A stretch of DNA of 64,000 nt from an uncultured Sphingomonadaceae bacterium. GTDB lineage: Bacteria > Pseudomonadota > Alphaproteobacteria > Sphingomonadales > Sphingomonadaceae. The translations under genes and the position numbers were made by a program. Below, one piece after another: positions 8,952 to 17,811 of the stretch (position 1 is the first letter of the stretch; each line of letters opens with the position of its first letter). Where the stretch lies: positions 544,975 to 608,974 of the forward strand of contig CANMBD010000002.1 in assembly GCA_947495985.1 (NCBI GenBank), read 5' to 3'. A model generated the notes under the pieces. That model was given only the letters and a program-made list of their open reading frames with translations. It was not told the origin of the DNA and did not search any database.

Positions 8952-10868
8952 TCAGGCCTTGGTCGGCACATACCAGATGGGTGAAGACCAGGCGCGTTCC
9001 TGAATGGTTTTCTGCAAGGCCGGATTAGGCGGTACGCCGGCGCGTATTGCATCCCATGTCGACCAGCGGCAAACCGGATTCTCCAGCACCCGGACATAAT
9101 AGGAGGCGCGTTGTCCCGCCTTATGTTCAGGATCGCGCCAGAATGTCTTGAGTTCCGGCGCGCCTTTGTCGGTTGAGATGGAGCAATCCGTCAGATTGAC
9201 TGTCGCGCCATTGTCAGGACAGCGTGCAGTGACCGGATCGACCGTGCCGCCGTCGGAACAGGCAACATCGAAGACCTTTTCATTGGTCTTGCCGCCATCA
9301 GTCCAGACTTTGACAATCTGTACCCGCTGCAATGGCGCGCTCATCGCATCGCGCATGGCCCAAACAATGAAGCCTGGAGCCTTGCCCTCACCAACCAGGT
9401 CGCCACCCATGGCAACGCCATCCTTATAGGCTTTGGACACCATTTCCGGATCTTCCAGCATGGCGGCATCAAAATCAAAACCGCCAAAGAAGCGCAATTT
9501 TATCCGGGTGCCGGTGGTTGCATAGGTTTCCTTGCGCCGCATCGCGTCAAATATCGCCTCACGGGTATTTTCTTCTGCCCAGACCGCTGCATAACCGGAT
9601 GCGCCCCAGCGTGAGAACCAGCTGGCCGCGCGCGGATCGACCGTCACACCTTCCCAGCTTTTCTTGCCGCCCGGCGGGACGGAGCCACGAGATTCCGGCG
9701 TGCCGTCGACGACACCGATTTTGGACCAGAAATTCTTTTCGTCAAATGATCCGCCGGCGACATGGGTGTCGGTGGATCCAATCAAGCCGAATTGAAACGG
9801 ATTGCCGCCAATCTTATCTTCCAAAGCCAGACCGTTGGCATAAGCTTGCCTGACATAGTCGCCGCTGCTTGTCTTGGACTTGATCTGTGAAGACAGCAGA
9901 TATTCGTAAATGCCGAAGTCCGCCCACTCATCATTGGGTGACAGGGACGGATGGGTTTCCGATGTGCCCTTAACCTGTGTGATCTCGACAATCGGTTCAT
10001 TACGCATCCGCTGATCAGCATAGGCTTTGGTCAGTGGCTGGCCATTATAGGTTTCCAGCTTGAACATTTCGCCGTCCGACACATTGCTGTTGTGCGGAAT
10101 CGAAAGTCCGTCAATCCCGGCAGCGCGCTGTTCGTCCATCCACGACCACAAATCTTCGGGATTGCTCGATTCCAGCGTGCCAAAGGGCATGTCGGGGGCG
10201 GAATCACGGAATACGACATTGCGGTGCAGATTGCCGCCGGCAAAACCACCGCCTTCGCCTTGCGTTATCCGCGTGGCGGTATATTCATAGGCGGCGAAAG
10301 TCGTGAATTTGCCGGGCTTATAATATTTGTCTGCCGCATGGACAGTGGCTTTCCATACGTCTCCAATGATTTTGGCATCGTAAACACCATCCATTTTACG
10401 GCCGTCGCGAACCGATCCACCAATCAGCTGGAAGGCAGCAATAATTTTATCAGGATCCGTGCTGAACATATCCTTTGCCATCTCAAGCTTTGAAATTTCC
10501 GTGCCTTCGGTGTCCATTGCCGGTAAGTGGCCCAGATAGGCTGCGTGATCGGTTACCGCCATGAAATCCAGCGCCGGACCTTCGAGTTTCAGATCATAGC
10601 CGGACGGATGGGTGATACCCTCGCCCATGCCGAATTTATAGGCATCTTCCGGTGTTGTACGGACGTTGAAAATATAGGCGTCAAAGCTGTTGCGGGTATG
10701 AATGTGCAGGTCGCCAAAATAGACATTGCGGTCGGGATTGGGTTGCTCAAGTGTCTCGCCCGGGGCGAGTGCGATACCGGTTTTCTCCTCCGTCTCGGTG
10801 TCACCAGAACAACCGGCCATCAGCGCGCCAATTGCCGCCAGCGCTAAAAAATTGCGTACCATCTCCAT
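8952..10868 (-). CDS. DUF3604 family protein, probable lipoprotein with an N-terminal PHP-like metal-binding motif
   Basis: ORF of 638 aa. The signal is lipobox-like (ALMAGC|SGD). FGDLHIHTRNSFDAY and AVTDHA are PHP-type His clusters. The size and overall pattern fit DUF3604. Confidence 0.72.
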   Translation of the reverse strand: MEMVRNFLALAAIGALMAGCSGDTETEEKTGIALAPGETLEQPNPDRNVYFGDLHIHTRNSFDAYIFNVRTTPEDAYKFGMGEGITHPSGYDLKLEGPALDFMAVTDHAAYLGHLPAMDTEGTEISKLEMAKDMFSTDPDKIIAAFQLIGGSVRDGRKMDGVYDAKIIGDVWKATVHAADKYYKPGKFTTFAAYEYTATRITQGEGGGFAGGNLHRNVVFRDSAPDMPFGTLESSNPEDLWSWMDEQRAAGIDGLSIPHNSNVSDGEMFKLETYNGQPLTKAYADQRMRNEPIVEITQVKGTSETHPSLSPNDEWADFGIYEYLLSSQIKSKTSSGDYVRQAYANGLALEDKIGGNPFQFGLIGSTDTHVAGGSFDEKNFWSKIGVVDGTPESRGSVPPGGKKSWEGVTVDPRAASWFSRWGASGYAAVWAEENTREAIFDAMRRKETYATTGTRIKLRFFGGFDFDAAMLEDPEMVSKAYKDGVAMGGDLVGEGKAPGFIVWAMRDAMSAPLQRVQIVKVWTDGGKTNEKVFDVACSDGGTVDPVTARCPDNGATVNLTDCSISTDKGAPELKTFWRDPEHKAGQRASYYVRVLENPVCRWSTWDAIRAGVPPNPALQKTIQERAWSSPIWYVPTKA

Positions 10869-11387
10869 CTTCCTCCCCGTCAGGATTTAATGGCCCAGTT
10901 AAAAAACTTATGCAAGTATGACCGCAGCGGACCAAATATATAATCGTCCAGGGACGCTTGAAATCCCGTCTTCCTGATTGGTTATGGGGCGCCGCGGTAC
11001 GCCTCTGAAATGCTTGCGAGTTGACCACAAGTTCACAGAAAAAGCGCAATGGTTAGAAATTGTTACGCGATATGGCCGTCTCGCGATGAGGCCTGTTTCA
11101 ACTACCTGTTTATGCGCTGGATTCACAGACTCCGCCAGATGGTATGTCGGGCGCATCAAATATACCACAGATAGTATTTTGAGCGCTGATTTTGACTGAA
11201 ATCGGTCATTTTACATTGTATCATTTTTGCCACTGCGCGGTTTTTTCTGTGTCGATCCGCCGATATCAGCTTGATTTAGCGGTCTAATTAAACGACCTGT
11301 GTCCTGCGACCGACGTAACAAGATCATTATCCCCTCCCCATTTTTGCAGGGATAAATGACAGGCGCCGGAGAGTTCAACGGGAGAGA

Positions 11388-13976
11388 ATGATTATGAAGA
11401 GTTTGAATCGCGTCCTTATGGCAGCACTGTGTACGAGTGCCATGACAGTGCCAGCATACGCGCAAGATCAAGGTGCTGAAGAAACAGTTGATGATAATGT
11501 CATCATCGTGACCGCGACGCGTCGTGCTGAAGATGTCCAGGATATTCCGATTGCTGTAACGGCGGTTAGCCCGGTTCAGCTGGAGCAACAGGGCGTTGTC
11601 AACGTTCAGAATATCGGCAGCGTATCCCCCAGCTTCTCGACTTCCAATGCGCAGACGGCATCAGGTACCGTTGTTTTACGTATTCGCGGTGTCGGTACCA
11701 CATCGAACAATATCGGCTTTGAATCAGCGGTCGGTATTTTCGTAGATGGCGCATATCAGTCCCGCCCAGGCGTCGCGCTTGGTGAGTTTGTTGACGTCGA
11801 ACGTGTCGAAGTCCTTCGTGGCCCGCAAGGCACCCTGTTCGGACGCAACACATCGGCTGGTGCTTTGAATATCACCAACAAGCGCCCCGATCTGGATGAA
11901 TTTGGCGGCTTCGTAAACGCGACCTATGGCAATTTTGACCATATAAGTGTGCAAGGCGCTATCAACGCACCAATTATCGAAGACACGCTCGCATTTCGTC
12001 TGACCGGCGCTTATCGCCAGCGTGACGGTTTTGTTGATATTATCGACAGCAATGGCGGTAGTGTTGGCGATTCCAACGATACGGAGCAATATCTGATCCG
12101 TGGCCAGTTGGGCTTTGAAAGTGATAGCGGCATTCAGGCGCGCTTGATTGCTGACTATTCCAAGAGCACGGCGAGCTGCTGTGCTGCGATTGAAGTTCTG
12201 CAATCCGGCATTGAAACGGCAGGATTATTTGCAGCGGTGGGCCTTGGTCCGCGCGGCGGTATGGCCGGACCAGATGTTGCTCTGACTCCGTTCGACGTCA
12301 CGGCAGCACAGCGTGCCGTGGACAATCGGATTGCAACATCCGACCAGCGGGCTGACCCGTCCAACGATCAATGGGGCATTACGGCGGAAGTCGAAGTTCC
12401 TATCAGCGACAGTGCTGATGTGATTTACATCGGTTCCTACCGTGAATATCGGGCAGAAGAAGCCTATGACTCAGACTTCTCGGGCCTTGATATTTTTAAC
12501 GTTCTGCCCGGTAGCGATACCGCCATTGATACGATGACCCACGAACTGCGTGTTCAGGGTGAAGCATTTGGTGGTGCACTGAACTGGTTGGTTGGTGGTT
12601 ATTATTCTGATGAGGATATTACGCAGTCAACGAACTTTGGTCTAGGCGCTGATTATGATCGTCTTGTGGGCGCGCTTTTGGCAGCAGGTACCGGCGGTGC
12701 TACGCTGAACCCCGCAAGTCCGCTTTTTGCAGGTGCAACGCCGTTGCAGACTTTGACTGGTATTGATCCAGCAACGGTTCGGACCACCAATGCTTATACG
12801 CAAAGCAGTAAAAGCTGGTCGATCTTTACGCATAACACGCTGGAAGTTGCGCAAGGTCTGAAACTGACCGTTGGTCTGCGCTATTCGGATGAAAGCAAGG
12901 ATGGTTCCTTCTCTCAGCCAGCGATCACTAATGATCTCTGCCCTGCGACTTTGGGACAGATTGGTGCCGGGGGTCTTCCCGGTGGTGCTACGAGCCCTCT
13001 GATCAACAGTTATTTCGGACTGGGCTGTTTTGCTTTTGTCGCACCAGCCATTGGTTCGGATGCAAATCCATTCCCGCTGCCACGGCCTTTCGTCAGCGAG
13101 TTTAGCGACGAAGAGCTGATCTACACAGGTAAGGTAAGCTATGAGTTTGCCGATCCGGTAACGGTCTATGCCAGCTTTACGCATGGTTATAAGTCAGGCG
13201 GCTTCAACCTGGACTCCACGGCTGCTGCTGGCGGCGCGGATCCGCGTTTTGCTTCTGAAGAAGTGGATGCTTATGAAGTTGGTCTGAAAGCCAAATTCCT
13301 GGATAATGCGATTACCTTGAACGTTGCCGGTTTTCATGAGGAATTCACCGACTTCCAGGTTCTGGAATTCACTGGTGCTCAGTTTACGACGTTTAACGTG
13401 CCAAGCGCGAAATCAACCGGTGTTGAAATTGAAACAGTCATCCGTCCGGATGACAATTTCACAATCAATGGCGGTTTGACCTACACGGATGCAAGATATC
13501 CGAGCGATTGTGCTGGTACACAAACCTCTCCCAATGTTCTGAGCCTGTGTGGCAACTCGCTGACCAACGCTCCGAAATGGGTGGGTATCATGGGGGCAAC
13601 CTATGATCGTGACCTTGGTGATAGCCTGAAGTTCTTCGTCAATGGCCAGCTTCGGATCGAAAGTGATCGCCGGACATCAACGCAGGCGATTGTTGTTCCC
13701 AATGCTGCGGCCATTACAGCGGCTGGCAGCGTGCAGGCGGCTGTTGATGCAGCGGCGCTCAATCCGTTCGATGTTCAAGACGGCACGATCAAAATCAACA
13801 TGCGCGCCGGTATCGGCGATATCGATGACGCATGGGGTATTGAAGCGTGGGTCACCAACCTGACCAATGAAGTGACGCGCGGTGTTACGTTCAACACGGT
13901 GCTGCGTTCAGGTTCACGTTCGACCTTCATTCAGGAACCACGCATGTACGGTTTGACCCTGCGCGGCAAGTTCTAA
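11388..13976 (+). CDS. TonB-dependent receptor
   Basis: ORF of 862 aa. It has a signal peptide (AYAQD), a TonB box (DNVIIVTATRR), a plug motif (VEVLRGPQGTLFGRNTSAGALNI) and a C-terminal aromatic end (LRGKF). Confidence 0.92.
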   Translation: MIMKSLNRVLMAALCTSAMTVPAYAQDQGAEETVDDNVIIVTATRRAEDVQDIPIAVTAVSPVQLEQQGVVNVQNIGSVSPSFSTSNAQTASGTVVLRIRGVGTTSNNIGFESAVGIFVDGAYQSRPGVALGEFVDVERVEVLRGPQGTLFGRNTSAGALNITNKRPDLDEFGGFVNATYGNFDHISVQGAINAPIIEDTLAFRLTGAYRQRDGFVDIIDSNGGSVGDSNDTEQYLIRGQLGFESDSGIQARLIADYSKSTASCCAAIEVLQSGIETAGLFAAVGLGPRGGMAGPDVALTPFDVTAAQRAVDNRIATSDQRADPSNDQWGITAEVEVPISDSADVIYIGSYREYRAEEAYDSDFSGLDIFNVLPGSDTAIDTMTHELRVQGEAFGGALNWLVGGYYSDEDITQSTNFGLGADYDRLVGALLAAGTGGATLNPASPLFAGATPLQTLTGIDPATVRTTNAYTQSSKSWSIFTHNTLEVAQGLKLTVGLRYSDESKDGSFSQPAITNDLCPATLGQIGAGGLPGGATSPLINSYFGLGCFAFVAPAIGSDANPFPLPRPFVSEFSDEELIYTGKVSYEFADPVTVYASFTHGYKSGGFNLDSTAAAGGADPRFASEEVDAYEVGLKAKFLDNAITLNVAGFHEEFTDFQVLEFTGAQFTTFNVPSAKSTGVEIETVIRPDDNFTINGGLTYTDARYPSDCAGTQTSPNVLSLCGNSLTNAPKWVGIMGATYDRDLGDSLKFFVNGQLRIESDRRTSTQAIVVPNAAAITAAGSVQAAVDAAALNPFDVQDGTIKINMRAGIGDIDDAWGIEAWVTNLTNEVTRGVTFNTVLRSGSRSTFIQEPRMYGLTLRGKF

Positions 13977-14014
13977 GAATTAAACAGTTTGGGGGCATTT
14001 CGTCACCACAAGGA

Positions 14015-14041
14015 GGGGCCGGTTTTCCGGCCCCTTTTTTT
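14015..14041 (+). terminator. rho-independent terminator after the TonB-dependent receptor gene
   Basis: GGGGCCGG-TTTT-CCGGCCCC followed by a T7 tract. Confidence 0.85.
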
Positions 14042-14094
14042 GACCTCGGTTGATGCCGGTTGCGCGGTGCGGTGATCGGTGCAAAAGTCCGGTT

Positions 14095-15255
14095 ATGAAT
14101 AGCTATAGTTTCCAAACGGTACCGGTCCTGCATTTTGGCGAGGGCTGTCTTTCAATGTTGGCTGATCAAGTCGCTGCGCTTGGCGGAACTCGTCCGCTGA
14201 TTGTCACCGACAAGGGCATTATCGGCGCGGGCCTTATCGCCCCGGTAGAGCAAGCGCTGTCCGATGCTGGCTTGACAGCGCATATATTTGATGCGATCAT
14301 AGCCGACCCGCCTGAATTGGTGGTCGAGCAGGCGATTGAAATGGCGAAGTTGGCAGGCGTCGATATTGTCATTGGCCTGGGCGGCGGTAGTTCACTGGAC
14401 ACCGCTAAAGTTGTAGCGGCGCTGGCAGTTGATGGCGCGCAGGCGCTTTCGGACATTTATGGTGTGGGCCAACTGGCACGCAAAGGCTTACCGACGATAT
14501 TAATCCCGACGACATCGGGCACGGGTTCCGAAGTGACCGCCATCTCTATCCTTACGACGGGTGAGACAACCAAGGCCGGTATCGTGTCGCCGCATCTGTT
14601 TGCCGACGCCGCCATACTCGACCCCACGCTAACAATTGGTCTGCCAGCTGCTGTCACCGCCGCTACCGGTATCGATGCGATGGTTCATGCGATAGAGGCT
14701 TATACGGGCCGTCATGCAAAGAATCCGGTGTCCGATATGCTTGCGGTTGAAGCACTGAAACTGCTCACCGCCCATATTGAAACCGCCTGTTCGGACGGCA
14801 CCAACATGCTCGCACGCGAGGCCATGTTGCGCGGCTCTATGCTGGCGGGACAGGCTTTTGCAAATTCGCCGGTCGGTGCGATCCATGCGCTCGCTTATCC
14901 GCTCGGCGGGATTTATCATATCCCACACGGTCTCTCCAACGCGCTCGTCATGCCGCATATCATGCAGTTCAATCTGGAGGCAGCGGCCCCGCTCTATGCG
15001 GAATTGGTCGATGCGCTGGATGTGCCAAAAGCGGGGCCGAACAGTGCGGAAGCCCGGGCGCAGGAATTGATCGACTATCTCGAAGGGTTGGCCGTGAAGG
15101 TGAACGCGCCCCGTCGCTTGCGTGAAGTCGGCATCGCTGAAGACGCAGTCGATGAGCTGGCTGAGGCCGCCATGTTGCAGACTAGATTGCTGATCAACAA
15201 TCCTAAAGAATTGGACCTCGCCGATGCCAAGCGGATTTATGCTGATGCCTGGTAA
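14095..15255 (+). CDS. iron-containing (group III) alcohol dehydrogenase
   Basis: Motifs are GLGGGSSLDTAK, PTTSGTGSE and a histidine cluster (HAIEAY...HALAYPLGG..H.PHG). The start is set at MNSYSF (14095). Confidence 0.85.
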   Translation: MNSYSFQTVPVLHFGEGCLSMLADQVAALGGTRPLIVTDKGIIGAGLIAPVEQALSDAGLTAHIFDAIIADPPELVVEQAIEMAKLAGVDIVIGLGGGSSLDTAKVVAALAVDGAQALSDIYGVGQLARKGLPTILIPTTSGTGSEVTAISILTTGETTKAGIVSPHLFADAAILDPTLTIGLPAAVTAATGIDAMVHAIEAYTGRHAKNPVSDMLAVEALKLLTAHIETACSDGTNMLAREAMLRGSMLAGQAFANSPVGAIHALAYPLGGIYHIPHGLSNALVMPHIMQFNLEAAAPLYAELVDALDVPKAGPNSAEARAQELIDYLEGLAVKVNAPRRLREVGIAEDAVDELAEAAMLQTRLLINNPKELDLADAKRIYADAW

Positions 15256-15688
15256 AGAGCGCACCCCACCGCCTGTGTGGGATTATTATCGCGATGGTTC
15301 TTCAATCACCACGCGCTGGAATGACAATGATCCTTACGGGCATGTCAATAATGCGGTCTATTATTTCTGGTTTGATAGTGCGGTGAATCGCTATTTGATC
15401 GAACAAGGCGCGCTCGATATTGAAAAGAGCGATGTCATCGGCTTGGTCGTCCAGACGTCTTGCGAATATTTTGCGCCGATAGCCTTTCCCGATCTGGTCG
15501 AAGCGCGCATTCGTGTCGAGAAACTCGGCCGGACCAGTGTTACCTATGGTGTCGGTCTGTTTCGAGGCGATGAAAAAATCGCATCAGCGGCAGGAAGCTT
15601 CACCCATGTCTATGTTGACCGGGAAAGCCGGCGACCGACCCCGCTGCCCGCTCCCTTGCGTTCTGCGCTGGAATTGATAACCCTTTAA
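15224..15688 (+). CDS. acyl-CoA thioesterase (4HBT/hotdog fold)
   Basis: WNDNDPYGHVNNAVYYFWFD is typical of YbgC/4HBT thioesterases. The start is uncertain: in-frame ATGs lie at 15224, 15239 and 15245, all overlapping the end of the ADH gene. Confidence 0.7.
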   Translation: MPSGFMLMPGKERTPPPVWDYYRDGSSITTRWNDNDPYGHVNNAVYYFWFDSAVNRYLIEQGALDIEKSDVIGLVVQTSCEYFAPIAFPDLVEARIRVEKLGRTSVTYGVGLFRGDEKIASAAGSFTHVYVDRESRRPTPLPAPLRSALELITL

Positions 15689-15703
15689 CTGAACAGTTAA
15701 AGG
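15682..15703 (+). promoter_or_regulatory. perfect 10-2-10 inverted repeat covering the thioesterase stop codon and the acyl-CoA dehydrogenase RBS
   Basis: The repeat is CCTTTAACTG-AA-CAGTTAAAGG. The 3-prime arm contains AAAGGA, 8 nt upstream of the ATG at 15713. Confidence 0.6.
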
Positions 15704-15712
15704 ACTAACATC

Positions 15713-16855
15713 ATGCGCCACGCCGCTGATACCGAAGAACGCCAGCAGTTTCGGGACATGATCCGGCGTTTTGTCGAATCCGAGTTGCAGCCCCATGCCG
15801 ATGAGTGGGACGAAGCAGGAGAAATCCCCTGGGAAGTCCATCAAAAAGTAGGCGCGCTTGGCACCTGGGGCTTTGGTGTCGCGGAGCAATATGGCGGGCT
15901 TGGCTTCGACGACATGTACATGCGCTGCATCTGGGGAGAGGAGGCAGCGCGCGCCCATAATGGCGGCACATTGGCAGCGCTGGGTGGGCGCAGCATCTCT
16001 ATCGGCCCGATCGAGAAACTGGCCTCTCAGGACATCAAGGACCGTATTCTCAAGGACATTGTCCAAGGGCGGGTTGGCTCCAGCCTAGGTGTAACCGAAC
16101 CGGGCGGCGGTTCTGATGTGGCGAACATGAAGACGACGGCACGGCAAGATGGCAATCACTGGGTCATCAACGGGTCAAAAACCTTTATCACTGGCGGAAT
16201 GACATCGGACCATTTTGTTGTCGGCGCACGGACCGGTGGGGAGGGATTGAACGGGATTTCGCTCTTTCTGGTCGAGAAGGATATGGAGGGGTTCTCCCGC
16301 ACCGCGCTCGACAAGAAAATGGGCTGGTGGGCGTCGGATCAGGCAACGCTCTATTTCGATGATGTCCGTGTTCCTGCTGGCAATATGCTCGGCGACGAAG
16401 GGCGCGGTTTTATCCAGATCATGCATAATTTCAACTATGAACGGCTCGGCATGGTTGCTCAGTGCCTGGGGATGATGCGGGTCTTGCTGGAAGAGTCCAT
16501 CACCTATGCGCAGCAGCGTGAAACTTTCGGGAAACCGCTGAGCCAGCATCAGGTTATCCGTCATAAAATCGCGGAAATGTCAGCCCGGGTTGATGCGACT
16601 GAGGCTTGGGTCAATCAGATTTGTTTTCTGGCGGAAAATGATCGAATGCCGGTTGACCAGATATGCAAAGCCAAGTTTTTCAGCACCAAGAACCTGGAAT
16701 ATTGTGCCAGCGAAGCGATGCAAATCTGGGGCGGCGCTGGCTATTTGCGGGGTAATGTCGTCGAACGTTTTTACCGTGAGGTGAAAGTCATGGCGATTGG
16801 CGGCGGATCAGAGGAAATCATGCGCGATCTGGCTGTGCGGCAAATGGGTCTTTAA
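15713..16855 (+). CDS. acyl-CoA dehydrogenase
   Basis: ORF of 380 aa. Motifs are LGVTEPGGGSDV, ITGG, the catalytic-region motif ER, and QIWGGAGY...RFYREVKVMAIGGGSEEI. Confidence 0.9.
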   Translation: MRHAADTEERQQFRDMIRRFVESELQPHADEWDEAGEIPWEVHQKVGALGTWGFGVAEQYGGLGFDDMYMRCIWGEEAARAHNGGTLAALGGRSISIGPIEKLASQDIKDRILKDIVQGRVGSSLGVTEPGGGSDVANMKTTARQDGNHWVINGSKTFITGGMTSDHFVVGARTGGEGLNGISLFLVEKDMEGFSRTALDKKMGWWASDQATLYFDDVRVPAGNMLGDEGRGFIQIMHNFNYERLGMVAQCLGMMRVLLEESITYAQQRETFGKPLSQHQVIRHKIAEMSARVDATEAWVNQICFLAENDRMPVDQICKAKFFSTKNLEYCASEAMQIWGGAGYLRGNVVERFYREVKVMAIGGGSEEIMRDLAVRQMGL

Positions 16856-16896
16856 CACAGCTAGACTTTTTTGTTTGCCAGCCCGATAGCATTTCA

Positions 16897-17811
16897 ATGT
16901 CTGTCCATTCCGATTCCCCGTCACAAGGTGCGCCAATATTGCCCATTGGATCCGTGCTGACGGGCTTGGCCTTTTTTTGCCTGATGGATGTCACAATGAA
17001 AAGCCTCAGCATCTCGCTGGGCGCTTATAATGCGATATTGTGGCGGGTGCTGCTCGCGCTTGGTCTGGTCAGCATATTATATCTGGCGCGCCGCCCGAAA
17101 ATGCCAGCTGGCCCAACGCTGAAAATCCATTTGCAGCGCGGAATCATAACGGTCTTCATGGCCTTCCTGTTTTTCTGGGCATTGATACATGTCCCAATTG
17201 CCGAAGCGGTGGCGCTTTCATTCATCGCGCCCATTATCGCGCTCTATCTGGCGGCCGTGTTTCTAGGGGAAACCATTCACCGCAATGCAATTTTCGCGTC
17301 TGTTCTTGGTCTTGCCGGTGTCGTCGTGATTGGCTGGGGCAAAATGAGCGGCGACTATACCGATGAAGAGCTGCTCGGTTTCGGGGCCGTTCTGTTATCT
17401 GCACTGCTTTATGCCGCCAATCTGGTGATCCAGCGCAGTCAGGCTTTACTCGCAGACCCGATCGAGATCAGCTTTTTCCAGAATCTTGTCGTCGGGGTAA
17501 GCTATGGGCTGGTCGCGCCGTTTCTGGCTGTCGTACCGGATGTCCAATATGCGCCGGAATTTCTGGCAGCCGCTTTGCTATCGATCATTTCTGCGCTGTT
17601 CATCGCCTGGGGCTATGCGCGGGCGCAGGCGCAGGTGTTGATCAATCTGGAATATAGCGCCTTTGTCTGGGCCGCGATTTTCGGATGGGTTTTCTTTTCG
17701 GAGCCTGTCAAGCTGCCGACGATATTGGGTACGGTGCTGATCGTTGCAGGATGTATATTGGCTACCCGTCGGGGGCGACCCGTTGCCCATGTTGAAACGA
17801 CAGCAATCTGA
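16897..17811 (+). CDS. DMT family (EamA-like) transporter
   Basis: ORF of 304 aa with about ten hydrophobic helices and a duplicated EamA-like pattern. Confidence 0.78.
   Translation: MSVHSDSPSQGAPILPIGSVLTGLAFFCLMDVTMKSLSISLGAYNAILWRVLLALGLVSILYLARRPKMPAGPTLKIHLQRGIITVFMAFLFFWALIHVPIAEAVALSFIAPIIALYLAAVFLGETIHRNAIFASVLGLAGVVVIGWGKMSGDYTDEELLGFGAVLLSALLYAANLVIQRSQALLADPIEISFFQNLVVGVSYGLVAPFLAVVPDVQYAPEFLAAALLSIISALFIAWGYARAQAQVLINLEYSAFVWAAIFGWVFFSEPVKLPTILGTVLIVAGCILATRRGRPVAHVETTAI

Noticed and set aside
10887-10902. TTAATGGCCCAGTTAA upstream of the DUF3604 operon as a CtrA box. Related 7-of-8 matches to TTAACCAT also occur at several sites, for example 27020-27027 and 52127-52134.
   Set aside because: The spacer is 8 nt rather than 7, and the others are inexact. 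Only exact matches were reported as candidates.
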